A stretch of DNA of 64,000 bases from contig CAWHRB010000003.1 of the NCBI GenBank assembly GCA_963831715.1, forward strand, positions 644,117 to 708,116, given 5' to 3'. Position 1 is the stretch's first letter, and every line of letters starts with the position of its first letter. The position numbers and the translations under genes are program-made. Below the pieces are notes generated by a model. That model was not told the origin of the DNA. It did not search any database and worked only from the letters and a program-made list of their open reading frames with translations. The stretch is from an uncultured Chloroflexia bacterium. Its GTDB lineage: Bacteria > Chloroflexota > Limnocylindria > Limnocylindrales > CSP1-4. Positions 9,457 through 19,660 of the stretch are shown here, piece after piece.

Positions 9457-10655
9457 CGGGCTGGGGCTCCGTGGCGCGGGTGCAGGCTTCGCGGTAGAGG
9501 GCCCGGGCAGCGAGGATCTGGCGGACGCCGGCGACCTCGGGGTCGAACGTGTCCGACCGATAGCGTCGGGTCGGTGATCGACAGGCCACTGAAGTACAAG
9601 CCGACGATCCCGCCGAGGACGGCGCTGACGATCAATAGCTCCTCGGACAGCGTCCGAAGCTCGTCGAGCAGGACGACCGCGATCAGGTCGCGCGTCGGCC
9701 CGCCGATCCAGCCCTCCTGCACCGAGGCCGGGATGGCGATCAGGGCGAACACCACGAGGAACGCCATCACGACGAAACCGACCGCGGCGGCCTGGAGCAG
9801 CTGCGGGACGACGACGAGTAGCGTGACGTTGCTCCGTTGGAGCCAGGTCAGGCGAGGGGCGGGGACGGCGTCGCTGCCGATCGTGGCGGCGAGTGGCTCG
9901 GCCGGCGTGTCGGCGGCATCGGCGAGAACGCCGTCGACGTCGGTCCGGCTCTCGATGCGCGCGAGCTCACGCCGGAACGAGGTCATGACCAGCAACGACG
10001 CCACGAGCAGGAGCAGGAGCAGGATCAGGCCCAGTTCCATCCAGCTCATGGCGTGGGCCGCCTCCCACATCTCGGCCGCGAACAGGAGGAACACCACGAG
10101 GATCAGGAGCACGGGCAGCGTCCGGGCGACCAGCTCCACGATGTGTGTCAGCTCGAGCCACAACCGTTCGATGGCCCACGCACCGATCTCGATCAGCCCG
10201 AAGCCGATGATCGCGTAGATCACGCCGACCCCCGTCAATGCCCCGAGAAACGCCCGGATCGCCTCGGCCGAATCAGCGTCGATGAGGGCCGCGGGCAGCG
10301 CCGGCAGGAGGGCGATCGCGGCGATATCGATGTAGTCGAAGGTCGATGGCCGCAGACGGGGGGGTCTGCCGCGCAGGCGGCTGAAGACCGTCCAGGCGAG
10401 TCCCATCCAGGCGATGGTCGCCACGATGCCGGCAAGGTTCATGGCGAGCGGCCAGTCGGGGCGGGTGCCCCAATCACGGACCGTGCCGACGATCAGCCAG
10501 AGCGAGATGAGCGGCGCCGCCCGGGAGTCCATCGCCGACTCCGAGCTGTAGCCCTCGATGAGCTGCGGAACGCCACGACGCGCGAACCAGCGCTCGATGT
10601 CGCGGCGGAGCTCTGGGCTGAGCGTCACCGACCCGGGGGCAGGGAGGGTCATCAC
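9372..10655 (-). CDS. Polytopic integral membrane protein, unknown function
   Basis: The 427-aa ORF has more than 8 predicted TM helices. The last ~85 aa are low-complexity and overlap the 3' end of the dehydrogenase gene in antisense, so the true stop may be earlier. Confidence 0.55.
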   Translation of the reverse strand: MMTLPAPGSVTLSPELRRDIERWFARRGVPQLIEGYSSESAMDSRAAPLISLWLIVGTVRDWGTRPDWPLAMNLAGIVATIAWMGLAWTVFSRLRGRPPRLRPSTFDYIDIAAIALLPALPAALIDADSAEAIRAFLGALTGVGVIYAIIGFGLIEIGAWAIERLWLELTHIVELVARTLPVLLILVVFLLFAAEMWEAAHAMSWMELGLILLLLLLVASLLVMTSFRRELARIESRTDVDGVLADAADTPAEPLAATIGSDAVPAPRLTWLQRSNVTLLVVVPQLLQAAAVGFVVMAFLVVFALIAIPASVQEGWIGGPTRDLIAVVLLDELRTLSEELLIVSAVLGGIVGLYFSGLSITDPTLSVGHVRPRGRRRPPDPRCPGPLPRSLHPRHGAPARHGTVMTTLPLAWPSLTHRKASAASASG

Positions 10656-10740
10656 CCCGAGCGTACCGGACCGGTGCTACCACGGATGTCCTTGCCGGGC
10701 CGGTGATCGCGGTATCGACGCCGCGGCGTAGAGTGCCGGC

Positions 10741-11406
10741 GTGAAGGCCGCCGAGTCCGACCTGCGCGTCGTCATCGCCGATGACTCGGCGCTCCTTCGG
10801 GAGGGCATCGCGCGGCTGATCGAGGAATCGGGCGGCACCGTCGTCGCCAAGGTCGCCGATGGCGACGCCTTCATCGCGGCTGTGGTCGACCATCGACCCG
10901 ATGTCTCGGTGGTCGACGTCCGGATGCCGCCCACTCAGCGGGACGAGGGCCTGCGCGCCGCGATCGAGGCCCGCCGGCGCGTGCCCGGTACGCCGATCCT
11001 GGTGCTCAGCCAGTACGTCGAGCGGCAGTACGCGACCGAGCTGCTCGCCGACCGTGGTGGCGGTGTCGGTTACCTGCTCAAGGACCGGGTCGGTGACATC
11101 CCCGAATTCATGGATGCTCTGCGACGCGTCGCCCGGGGCGGCACGGCGCTCGATTCGGAGGTCGTCGCCCAGCTGATGGTGCGCAACAAGCCCGACGATC
11201 CGCTGGCGGCCCTCACGCCGCGCGAGCGGGAGGTGCTGGCCGCCATGGCCGAAGGTCGCACCAACGTCGGCATCGCCAGGCTCCTGACGATCACCGAGGG
11301 AGCCACCGAGAAGCACATCAGCAACATCTTCGGCAAGCTCGAGCTGCCGCAGACCGAAGGAGACCACCGCCGCGTACTGGCGGTGCTGACCTACCTCGGT
11401 TCCTAG
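10741..11406 (+). CDS. Two-component response regulator, NarL/LuxR family
   Basis: A receiver domain (VVIADDSALLREGIARLIE...DVSVVDVRMPP, LVLSQY) is followed by a LuxR helix-turn-helix (LTPREREVLAAMAEGRTNVGIARLLTITEGATEKHISNIFGKL). It converges on the kinase gene with a 4-nt overlap. Confidence 0.85.
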   Translation: MKAAESDLRVVIADDSALLREGIARLIEESGGTVVAKVADGDAFIAAVVDHRPDVSVVDVRMPPTQRDEGLRAAIEARRRVPGTPILVLSQYVERQYATELLADRGGGVGYLLKDRVGDIPEFMDALRRVARGGTALDSEVVAQLMVRNKPDDPLAALTPREREVLAAMAEGRTNVGIARLLTITEGATEKHISNIFGKLELPQTEGDHRRVLAVLTYLGS

Positions 11407-12764
11407 GGGACAGACCCGGCTGGGAAGGGGAACACCGCACGAACGAGGGTCGGGCCGCCACGTGGACTCGACACGGAGAACGCGCCGTCGACGCCCGCCA
11501 CGCGACTCGCAAGACCGGCCAAGCCGCCCGCGGGCTCGATCCCGGCACCGCCCGTGCCGTCGTCCCAGATCTCGACGACCAGCTGGGCGCCCTCCATACG
11601 ACAGCGGACCTCGCAGCGCGTCGCGCCACTGTGCTTGGCGACATTCGCGAGCGCTTCCGATGCGACGAAGTAGGCCGCCCGCTCGACGGCGGGCGGCAGC
11701 CGCGCACCGGGTGGGAGCTCGCTGATCACCGCCGTCCGGATCGCTCCGAGGCTCGTGATCGACTCGATCGCCGGGACCAGGCCTCGGTCGAGCAGGATGG
11801 CCGGCGCGATCCCGCGCACCAGCTGGCGGATCTCGGCGAGTGCCGCCCGCGCCTGCTCCTGACCCTCGCGCACCAGTTCCTTCGCGCCGGCCGGGTCGGT
11901 GTCGATGCGTTCGCTCGCGAGACCAAGGTCGATCGAGAGCCGGACGAGGCGTGGCTGCGCCCCATCGTGGAGATCGCGCTCGATCCGACGGAGCTCGCTG
12001 GCCTCGACGTCCAGCACGGCCGATCGACTCTCGCGCAGCGTCTGCACCTGGCGCCGGAGCTCGCGGCTCTCCGATGTGCACAGCAGACCGACGACGACCT
12101 GCCGATGGAGCGCGAGCACGAGTTGCGACAACGAGGCGGCGACGAACAGCAGGATCACCCCGGCGATGGGCCCGAGCCACGCGAGGTCCACGACCGCGGT
12201 GGGCACGCTCGGGAGCCGCTCGATCCAGAGCGGCAGCGTCAGCGACACGAGGGCGAGCGCCCAGGCCAGACCGACCACGACGAACTCGATGATCGTGAGC
12301 GGGAAGTTCACTGCGACGTAGAGGACGTCGCGCCAGCGCGCCTCGTCGGCGAACTCCGCACGCAGGATGTCGAGGATGCCGCCACGGAGGGGTCGATACG
12401 GGTGCGGCACGGGTCGGTCGGCCTCACCGACGAACACCCGCCAGCGCTCGACCCGGGCGACGAGCCGGGATCCCTCGATGGCCAGTGCGATGAGGACCAC
12501 GCCGATGCCGGCCAGCAGCACCGTCAGACCGGTCGAGACCAGCGCGACGATCGCGGTGAACGCGAACGTCCCGATAAACAGGCCCAGGATGATGGCGCCA
12601 TTCGCGTACCACGTGGCCGGGTGGATCGGCGAGAGGAGGAACGCCCGCAGCGGAGAACGAGCGATCCCCGGTCGAGCGAAACTCGCTCCACCGGGGATGC
12701 GGGCCGAGGCGAGCCCGGCCAGGATGAGCAGCAGCCCTGTCACCAGGACGACTGCCTCGATCAC
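11403..12764 (-). CDS. Sensor histidine kinase (HisKA_3 / HATPase_c, LiaS/NarX-like) with multiple N-terminal TM helices
   Basis: The H-box LHDGAQPRLVRLSIDLGLA, EALANVAKHSGAT and the G-box EIWDDGTGGAG are present. The N-terminal half is polytopic membrane. Confidence 0.85.
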   Translation of the reverse strand: MIEAVVLVTGLLLILAGLASARIPGGASFARPGIARSPLRAFLLSPIHPATWYANGAIILGLFIGTFAFTAIVALVSTGLTVLLAGIGVVLIALAIEGSRLVARVERWRVFVGEADRPVPHPYRPLRGGILDILRAEFADEARWRDVLYVAVNFPLTIIEFVVVGLAWALALVSLTLPLWIERLPSVPTAVVDLAWLGPIAGVILLFVAASLSQLVLALHRQVVVGLLCTSESRELRRQVQTLRESRSAVLDVEASELRRIERDLHDGAQPRLVRLSIDLGLASERIDTDPAGAKELVREGQEQARAALAEIRQLVRGIAPAILLDRGLVPAIESITSLGAIRTAVISELPPGARLPPAVERAAYFVASEALANVAKHSGATRCEVRCRMEGAQLVVEIWDDGTGGAGIEPAGGLAGLASRVAGVDGAFSVSSPRGGPTLVRAVFPFPAGSVP

Positions 12765-13231
12765 GTGCCGGTCAAGTCGGTCGACTCCACGGGCTCATTC
12801 GACTCGCGGCGCATCGCGCCGAACACCAGCAGAGCGCCGATGCCGACGATGAACGCCGGGGCGAGATAGCGCCACGAGTCCTGCCACGAGGGCAGCAATG
12901 CGTCGAGGAGCGCGAGACCGCCGAACAGGATCAAGGCCACGCCGAAGAACGTCGCCAGTCGCCCCGTCCCTTCGCCGCGAGCGGCGTGGCGGTGGCCGGC
13001 CGGCAGGGTGGCGAGTTCGGTGGCTTCCGAGTCGGTCAGGGGTTCGTTCGGGACGATGAGCGCCATGACGAGGTACAGCAGGATGCTGAGGCCGCCGGTC
13101 ACGAAGATCGAGACGAACCAGAGCAGCCGGACGATGGTCGGGTCGGCGTCGAAGTATTCGGCCATGCCGGCCGAAACACCGGCCAGACGGCGGTCATGAC
13201 GGCAACGATAGAGTCGGCGATTCACCTGCAT
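12761..13231 (-). CDS. PspC-domain membrane protein
   Basis: It has the PspC signature LYRCRHDRRLAGVSAGMAEYFDADPTIVRLLWFVSIF plus TM helices. Its stop overlaps the kinase start (ATGA-type 4-nt overlap). Confidence 0.75.
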   Translation of the reverse strand: MQVNRRLYRCRHDRRLAGVSAGMAEYFDADPTIVRLLWFVSIFVTGGLSILLYLVMALIVPNEPLTDSEATELATLPAGHRHAARGEGTGRLATFFGVALILFGGLALLDALLPSWQDSWRYLAPAFIVGIGALLVFGAMRRESNEPVESTDLTGT

Positions 13232-13602
13232 CCTCCCATCGGATCGATCTGCACGTTACCGAAGTCGATATGGACATCGGCCTCTTCGCAGTAGTGGTAG
13301 CGGTTGTAGGCGGCCTCGAGCGCATCCCACGTCCCGCGCTCCATGGCCAGTCGCGGCGCGGTGGCCATGGCACCACCCAGGATCAACCCGGGTAGCGCAG
13401 CGGCGAGCACGCCCGTGGCCAGGCTGGCCTGCGTCCGTCGGAGCGCGATCCCCAGGCCGATGGCGATGACCGCCAGGGGCCAGAGGCGTAGGGCGTCGGT
13501 CAGCGCAGCCGTCGTGAGCTGACCGAGATCGGCGACCGCGATCGCGGCGCCGATGGCCAGCAGGAACACGCCCGTATAGAGGAGCGTGCGGTTGAGCCGC
13601 AT
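13222..13602 (-). CDS. Small membrane protein, first gene of the putative PspC/kinase envelope-stress operon
   Basis: The ATG at 13602 is preceded by AGGAGGGAAGGG. It has three TM helices (MRLNRTLLYTGVFLLAIGAAIAV...) and overlaps the PspC gene by 10 nt. Confidence 0.55.
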   Translation of the reverse strand: MRLNRTLLYTGVFLLAIGAAIAVADLGQLTTAALTDALRLWPLAVIAIGLGIALRRTQASLATGVLAAALPGLILGGAMATAPRLAMERGTWDALEAAYNRYHYCEEADVHIDFGNVQIDPMGGCR

Positions 13603-13761
13603 CGGGTATCCCTTCCCTCCTGTGTCCGTGGCACGTTACCGGTCTTCTCGTCGGTCACCGTCCGTGCCTGCCGTCACTGTGCGAGGAGGGGAGTCGTGAG
13701 CCCAGCCGGGCACCCGGCGTCTGTCGAGGTAGGGATAACCCCCCGCGTCGCGCCGGGACCG

Positions 13762-14145
13762 TCAGACGTGCTGGTCGATGATGATCGGATTGCCGTCGGG
13801 ATCCACGATGACGAAACTCCCGGGCCCGGACCCGGTCTCATCGACCTCGGCGACGAACGCCACACCCTGGGACTTGAGCCGGCGCTGGAGCTCGCGCACG
13901 TCGGTGAACGACCCGACGGCACTGGCGTCCTGATCCCAGCCCGGATTGAACGTCAGGGAATTCCGCTCGAACATGCCCTGGAACAAGCCGATGATGTGGT
14001 CGCCGTTCTTGAGGATCAGCCAGCCCTGAGCGGCATCGCCGCCCATCGGTTCGAACCCGAGCTGCTCGTAGAAGCGTCGCGACGCCTCCAGGTCCTTCAC
14101 GGACAGGCTGATCGAGAATGCGCCGAGATCCATCGTTCCCTCCAT
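13762..14145 (-). CDS. VOC / glyoxalase-bleomycin-resistance family protein
   Basis: The 127-aa ORF has the paired beta-alpha-beta-beta-beta signature ([23 protein letters not shown]...[13 protein letters not shown]). Confidence 0.75.
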   Translation of the reverse strand: MEGTMDLGAFSISLSVKDLEASRRFYEQLGFEPMGGDAAQGWLILKNGDHIIGLFQGMFERNSLTFNPGWDQDASAVGSFTDVRELQRRLKSQGVAFVAEVDETGSGPGSFVIVDPDGNPIIIDQHV

Positions 14146-14314
14146 CGGTCGGCGATCGCGCCGCCCCGCCAGTCTATCGAAGGGGCGTCACCGGCTGAGC
14201 GACCGTGTGCCGACGTTCCGGTTCATGTCGTGTGCACCGGTTAGCGCCGTGCGTGGTCCCGGTTCACGCTCGTCCGACGAGGGGTCCACATGCGACCCGA
14301 TGGAGGGCCGGAAC

Positions 14315-15310
14315 ATGGCTTCCCAGTACAGCTTCCTGGTCATCAAGTATCCGAAGCGGGAGACGGCGAACACCGCGCTCGGCGTGCTCAAGCAGCTCGG
14401 CCGCGAGGATGTCGTGAAGCTCAGGGACGCGGTCGCCATCACCAAGACCGACAAGGGCAAGATCAAGCTTCATCAGACGAAGGACGATTCGGTCGGCAAG
14501 GGCTTCGTGAAGGGTGGCTTCATCGGCATCCTGTTCGCCGCGCTGTTCGGGCCGGTGGGCTGGATCGCGCTCGGCGCTGCGGCCGGCGGGGTCTTCGCTG
14601 GCTTCGACCGAGGCATCAAGAACAAGCTGCTCAAGGAGTTGGGTCAGGACATGACCCCGGACGAGTCGGCGATCGCCGTCCTGGTGGAAGAGGCCGATTG
14701 GCAGACGGCCTTCGAGCGCATGCGGGCGCAGGGGTTCGGCGGCCAGCTCGTCATCTCCGAGATCGTCGCCGAGGACCTGGCAGAAGTCGAGAAGCTCCTC
14801 GAGGACCCGAAGACGGTCGAGTCGGTCCCGGAGGAGCTGGAGATCGAGGCTCCCGCCGCGCCAGTGGCGGTGGGCGTCGCCACCGTCGGGTCCGGCGCCG
14901 CAGCCATGCGGGTCGTGGAGATCGAGGGCATCGGGCCATCGAACGCCGAGAAGCTCGTCGCGATCGGCATCAAGACCACGGACGACCTGTTGATGGCCGG
15001 CGCGAATCCGAGCGGGCGCGAGCGGGTGGCCAAAACGACGGGTATCAGCGGTGACCTGATCCTGGCGTGGGTCAACGACGCCGACCTGATGCGGATCCCC
15101 GGTGTCGGCCCCGAGTACAGCGATCTGCTCGAGGCGGCAGGAGTCGATTCACCAGCGGAGCTCGCGCTCCGGAACCCGAAGAACCTCGAGATCACCGTAC
15201 AGGAAGTCGTCGCGGCGCGACCGGGCATCGTCCGACGGATCCCGGGTGAGACCGAGATCGCCGAATGGATCCAGGAGGCAGGCAAGCTCGAGAAGGTCGT
15301 CGAACACTGA
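14315..15310 (+). CDS. DUF1269 membrane domain fused to a C-terminal DUF4332 (HhH-like) domain
   Basis: The ATG at 14315 is preceded by GGAGGG. The N-terminus is MASQYSFLVIKYPKRETANTALGVLKQLGREDVVKLRDAVAITKTDKGKIKLHQT with the glycine-zipper helix GGFIGILFAALFGPVGWIALGAAAGG (DUF1269). The C-terminus IEGIGPSNAEKLVAIGIKTTDDLL...MRIPGVGPEYSDLLEAAGVDS is DUF4332. The track ORF starts at 14207, but that leader looks non-coding. Confidence 0.7.
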   Translation: MASQYSFLVIKYPKRETANTALGVLKQLGREDVVKLRDAVAITKTDKGKIKLHQTKDDSVGKGFVKGGFIGILFAALFGPVGWIALGAAAGGVFAGFDRGIKNKLLKELGQDMTPDESAIAVLVEEADWQTAFERMRAQGFGGQLVISEIVAEDLAEVEKLLEDPKTVESVPEELEIEAPAAPVAVGVATVGSGAAAMRVVEIEGIGPSNAEKLVAIGIKTTDDLLMAGANPSGRERVAKTTGISGDLILAWVNDADLMRIPGVGPEYSDLLEAAGVDSPAELALRNPKNLEITVQEVVAARPGIVRRIPGETEIAEWIQEAGKLEKVVEH

Positions 15311-15320
15311 GCCCCGGTCG

Positions 15321-15361
15321 GCGCGGTCCGCACGGCCAGACAGCCAGCCGGCGGACCGCGC
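15321..15361. terminator. Perfect 11-bp inverted repeat between convergent genes; possible bidirectional terminator
   Basis: GCGCGGTCCGC, a 19-nt loop, then GCGGACCGCGC lie between the 15310 stop on the plus strand and the 15367 stop on the minus strand. There is no clear T-run. Confidence 0.45.
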
Positions 15362-15366
15362 GGGCG

Positions 15367-16795
15367 TCACCGGAGGACGGCCCAGCGGTAGGTCAGCCGC
15401 ACCTTGGCGACGTCAAAGGACCGAGCCGTACCCGCGTACGGGACACTGACGAGCCCCCACGCGGTGCGCCCATCGAGGTGCTGCCCCGAGCTCGCACTCA
15501 TCGACCACCAGCGGTAGGACGGTCCCATCAGCTTCTGGTCGTAGCAGTCGACGCCGAGCGGTGGGCAATACGAGCGGTTCCAGAGGCCTTCAGCGACCTT
15601 CGTGCCGTTCGGTGATCGGCCGAGGACCTTGAAGCTGATCGTGTTGCCGTAACGGAGCGCCGACCTGACCGTGAAACGGTAGGCGACGGCCACGCCGGCG
15701 CGCCCGGAATTCAGCCTGACGCCGCGGTAGTAGGCCGATCGGGATGGGCTGATGGAGCCATTGCCTGGGTCGGCGGCGGCACGGATCTGCGAGCCGTACA
15801 ACGTGATCGACGAGGTCGTCCAGCGCAGGCGCTTGTGCGAGATGGCGACCCTGAAGGTGGCCGTCTTCACGTTCGCGGCATCGTCGGTGATCCGTTGGAC
15901 GATGCGATAGGTGCCTGCCTTGAGGATCGCACCGGCCGCGTTGCGGCCGTTCCATGTGTGGCTGTACGCCCCGACCCCGCGGTGGCCCAGGTCGAAGGTC
16001 CGGAACAGGACGTTCGAAGGCGTGTAGACGCGGATCAGGACCGAGGCCGGCTCGCGCAGCGTGCCGCGGAGGGCATTCGTGTCGCGGTACGTGTCCCGGA
16101 ACGGATAGAACGTCGCGTACTGCACGCCGGCCGTGGCGTCGACACCCGAGTCCGGCTGGACCGTCTGCGTCAGTCCGTCTTCGGACGGCCCGTAGTCCCC
16201 GTGGCCGCTGTACGTGGCCGTCAGCGCATGGCTCCCCGCGTCGAGGAGTCCTGTGAACGAGACTGTCGTGTCGCCAGGGCCCGACCGCACCGGTCGCGAT
16301 GGTCGAGGCATCGAACGCGTCGACGATCGTCACGGTCCCACCGGTCACCGCCGAGGGCGACACGGTCGCGGTGATCGTCACGGCCTGCGTCGACAGCGCC
16401 GGGTTCCGGTTCGATTCGAGCGAGATCTGTGTGGCGATGCCGACCTGGACGGTCTTGGCGGCGCTCTCGCTGGCATCCCACTCCGCGAACGGCCCGAAAC
16501 TGGCCTTGACCGTGTGCGAACCGGCGGGGAGCGACAGTTCGGTCGACGCGTCACCGCTCGAGTCGAGTTGCCCGGGGACTCCGCCGCCACCGTCGATGAT
16601 GAACAAGACACCCGGGATGAACCCGTCGGTCGGTTGTGGCGCCGGCGTGACGTGCGCGCTGACCGTGAACGAGCCGTACTGCGTGCCCGACGGCACGTCC
16701 AGCGTCGTGGTGGTCGCCGTGGCGGCCCGCACCGAGCCCGGCGCGGCGAGGGTCGCAGCAAGCGCTACGACCAGTACGAATGCGGCATGTCTCAT
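15367..16795 (-). pseudogene. Secreted Ig-like (Big / FlgD-Ig-like) domain protein, reading frame interrupted once
   Basis: The signal peptide is MRHAAFVLVVALAATLAAPGSVRA (ATG 16795, GAGGGGA upstream) and is followed by Ig-like repeats. The frame switches near 16285 (gggccctggcgac) from ...STIATGAVGP to GDTTVSFTGLLDAGSHALTATYSG... The C-terminal part contains an FlgD-Ig-like block LIRVYTPSNVLFRTFDLGHRGVGAYSHTWNGRNAAGAILKAGTYRI. Confidence 0.6.
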
Positions 16796-17037
16796 CAGGT
16801 CCCCTCGGGCTTGGCACACGCGTGCCGGTCAGGCGCGTCTGCGCCATGCGTCCCGTCGTGCACAGGGACGACGCCCGACCTCGTCGGCTGTTACACGCCG
16901 GACGCCGCACGATACGCGGCCGGTGTCACGGAAGCGCCACATCCGGCGCTGTGACTCGATCGTTACCGTCCAGCGACCCCATGGAGATGGGCCGGGCAGA
17001 CATTGGCCACTGAAGTCATCGTTCTGGAGCATCTCCT

Positions 17038-17802
17038 ATGACGCGCACGGCATCCATCCTCATGATCCTTGGCCTCAGCATCGCTGCGTCCGCATGTGCG
17101 ACGTCTCCCGGTATTCCCGCCACCGAGCCACCCCCGACCGTCCGACCTTCACAGGCGACCGACCCCGCCGCGATCGGGAGCAGCTCGCCGACCGCGCCCT
17201 CACCGACCGTCGTCGCCAACCCGTCTCCAACGGAAGAAGGCCCGACTGGACCGACGGCGGCGGCGATCGAGTATCGGGTGACCTACGACTGGGCGGTCCC
17301 GTCCGACCAGGTTTCGATCCCGCACACGGTCCACGCTCCGATCGCCCCTTCGCCAGCGCTGCCGCTCCCGTATCTCGTGGCGATCTACGTCGGCGATCAC
17401 CCGGAGTCGGATCCGCAGTACCAGCGGATCTCGTTCTACTTCCGAGGAGCCTTTCCGGAATACAACCTCCAGTACGTGGCCTCGGTGGGTGCCGAGGGCA
17501 GCGGCGCGGCGATCCCACTTGAGGGCAACGCCTTCCTCAGGGTCGGCTTCGTCAGCGCGCAAGCGCACGACAACGACGGCGCTTCGACGGTGAAGGTCGA
17601 GCCGGAGACCCCGCTCGATCTCCAGAACCTGAAGAGCTACCGGTCCGCTGGAGACTTCGAGGGGCACGTCACATATGGACTCGGCATCCAGGTCGCTCCA
17701 GCCAGCGACCAGGTGCTCCCGATCCGAGCTGGTGAGCTGAAGAAGCCGGACGGAGCGGGTGGGTTCTACTACGTGGTGTATGTCGATGTTCAGGACGGGT
17801 GA
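17038..17802 (+). CDS. Lipoprotein with a Pro-rich linker and C-terminal globular domain, unknown function
   Basis: The signal peptide and lipobox are MTRTASILMILGLSIAASAC. A P/T/S-rich linker precedes a 150-aa domain (YRVTYDWAVPSDQVSIPHTVHAP...). Confidence 0.7.
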   Translation: MTRTASILMILGLSIAASACATSPGIPATEPPPTVRPSQATDPAAIGSSSPTAPSPTVVANPSPTEEGPTGPTAAAIEYRVTYDWAVPSDQVSIPHTVHAPIAPSPALPLPYLVAIYVGDHPESDPQYQRISFYFRGAFPEYNLQYVASVGAEGSGAAIPLEGNAFLRVGFVSAQAHDNDGASTVKVEPETPLDLQNLKSYRSAGDFEGHVTYGLGIQVAPASDQVLPIRAGELKKPDGAGGFYYVVYVDVQDG

Positions 17803-17980
17803 GCCCTCGTCCCGATCCTCCATCTCCCACGCATCGTCCGTGATGTGATGTGCGGTGCGGCGCACGAGGAACTGGATCGGCCCTGAGCGCACCGACTTTC
17901 CTTCGGCGATCGAGCCGTACCCCGCTGACAGCGGCGCACACTGGTGACATCGCCACGGAAGACATGACAACGAGGGGAAC

Positions 17981-19660
17981 GTGAGCCCACGACGGCTGGC
18001 CGGCGTCCTGGAAAGCCTGCGGCGCAATGGCGCCCTCGGGCGGGTCCAGCTCGCGTTCCTCCTCGCGACGATGGTCGAATGGGCGGCGTGGCTGTCGCTC
18101 GTGGTGTTCGCATTCGATCGCGGCGGGGCGACGGAAGCCGGGATCATCGGATTCGCGGTCGCCGTCCCGGCGATCGTCGTGGCACCCACCGCCGCGATCC
18201 TGGGCGACCGCTTCCCGCGGTCGCGCGTCATGCTCGGGGCGTACCTCGCCCAGGCTGTGGCGTTCGTCACGACCGCGATCGCGTTCGTCTTCGGGGCCGC
18301 GCTCGTGGGCTACGCGTTGGGCATCGTCGCGATGGCCCTTATCGCGCTCGTTCGGCCGTTGCTGGCATCGCTGCTCCCGGAAGTCGCCGAGACTCCCGAG
18401 GAGCTCACGGCCGGAAACGTCGCCACGGGGCTGGGGGAGGGGCTCGGCGCCCTGGGTGGCTCGTTGGCCGCCGGCGTCCTCTTCGCGCTGGCCGGCGTGC
18501 CGTTCGTCCTGATCGCCGGCGCCGGGGCGATGGTCGCAGCGTCGATGCTCATGCTGCCGCTCGCCCTGCGTGCGCGGTCGATCGAACGGACTTCGATCCG
18601 ATCGGCGGGTGGAGGGTTCGCTGCGACCGCGCGCAACGTCGCTCGCGAGATGTCAGCTGGCGCCGCGACCGTGCTCGGCGACCGTCGGCTTGCGGCACTG
18701 TCAGGTGTGATGGGCGTCACGATCGGAACGCTGGGTGCACTCAGCGTGCTCATCGTCATCGTGGCGATCGACGTCCTCGGCTTCGACCAGGATGCGACCG
18801 GGTACCTGACCGCGCTCGGCGGGCTCGGGGCGCTCATCGGATCACTCGTCGCCACGTCGCTCGTCGGACGTGAGCGGCTCGCTGCCCCGATGCTCGCCTC
18901 GGTGGTCGTATTCGCCGTGGCGGTCGCCGCCGTCGGTCTCGGGACGAGCCCACTGCCCGTCGTGCTCGCGCTCGTCGCGACCGGGATCGGCTGGTCCGTG
19001 GCCTACGTCGCGGCGACGTCGATGACCCAGCGACTCGCCGGCGACGACGTCATGACCCGAGTCTTCGGGGTGAACGAGTCGCTCCAGACAGGCGCGGAGG
19101 CGATCGGCGGTCTGCTGGTCCCCATCCTCGTCGTGGCGATGGGGCCGGGCGGAGCGCTCATCACGCTCGGTGTCGGGCTCACGATCGTCGCCGTGATCGC
19201 GGCCCCGACGCTTCTCCGCGCAGACCGAGTCGATGAGGGATTCCTCCACGATCTGGCGGTGATCAGGGCCGTGCCGATGTTCGGCCCGTTGTCGGGGCCG
19301 GTCGTGGAGCGCCTGGCATCAGGCGCAGAACGCATGGCGGTCGCTCCCGGCGCCCAGGTGATCCACGAGGGTGATCCGGGCGATCGGTTCTACGTCATCG
19401 TCGAGGGCCGGGTCCGGGTCGCCGCCCGTGGCCGTGACGCAGGCGAGCTCGGCCCCGGCGGCTCGTTCGGGGAGATCGCGCTCATCCGCGATGTGCCGCG
19501 AACCGCGACGGTCCAAGCCATCGACACGACGGTGCTTCTGGCCATCCGTCGAGAGCCCTTCCTGGAAGCACTCACCGGGCAGCCACGCAGCCGAGCCGTC
19601 GCCGCCGACCTCGTCACGGAGCACCTGTCCGCCGACAGCGCCGCCGCGGCTGACGGCTGA
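17981..19660 (+). CDS. MFS transporter with a C-terminal cyclic-nucleotide-binding domain
   Basis: About 12 TM helices occupy residues 1-400. The C-terminal cNMP-binding fold is FGPLSGPVVERLASGAERMAVAPGAQVIHEGDPGDRFYVIVEGRVRV...GSFGEIALIRDVPRTATVQAI. Confidence 0.8.
   Translation: MSPRRLAGVLESLRRNGALGRVQLAFLLATMVEWAAWLSLVVFAFDRGGATEAGIIGFAVAVPAIVVAPTAAILGDRFPRSRVMLGAYLAQAVAFVTTAIAFVFGAALVGYALGIVAMALIALVRPLLASLLPEVAETPEELTAGNVATGLGEGLGALGGSLAAGVLFALAGVPFVLIAGAGAMVAASMLMLPLALRARSIERTSIRSAGGGFAATARNVAREMSAGAATVLGDRRLAALSGVMGVTIGTLGALSVLIVIVAIDVLGFDQDATGYLTALGGLGALIGSLVATSLVGRERLAAPMLASVVVFAVAVAAVGLGTSPLPVVLALVATGIGWSVAYVAATSMTQRLAGDDVMTRVFGVNESLQTGAEAIGGLLVPILVVAMGPGGALITLGVGLTIVAVIAAPTLLRADRVDEGFLHDLAVIRAVPMFGPLSGPVVERLASGAERMAVAPGAQVIHEGDPGDRFYVIVEGRVRVAARGRDAGELGPGGSFGEIALIRDVPRTATVQAIDTTVLLAIRREPFLEALTGQPRSRAVAADLVTEHLSADSAAAADG

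Noticed and set aside
10474-12180. Several very long ORFs on the opposite strand or in alternate frames of confirmed genes (10474-12180 minus, 19851-21281 minus, 27320-28702 minus, 41845-43761 minus, 48026-50038 minus, 55363-57327 plus, 55493-57331 minus, 58652-59857 plus, 305-874 minus).
   Set aside because: Their translations are Arg/Pro/Gly-rich low complexity with no motifs, typical of open alternate frames in 70% GC DNA. Each overlaps a gene with clear family signatures.
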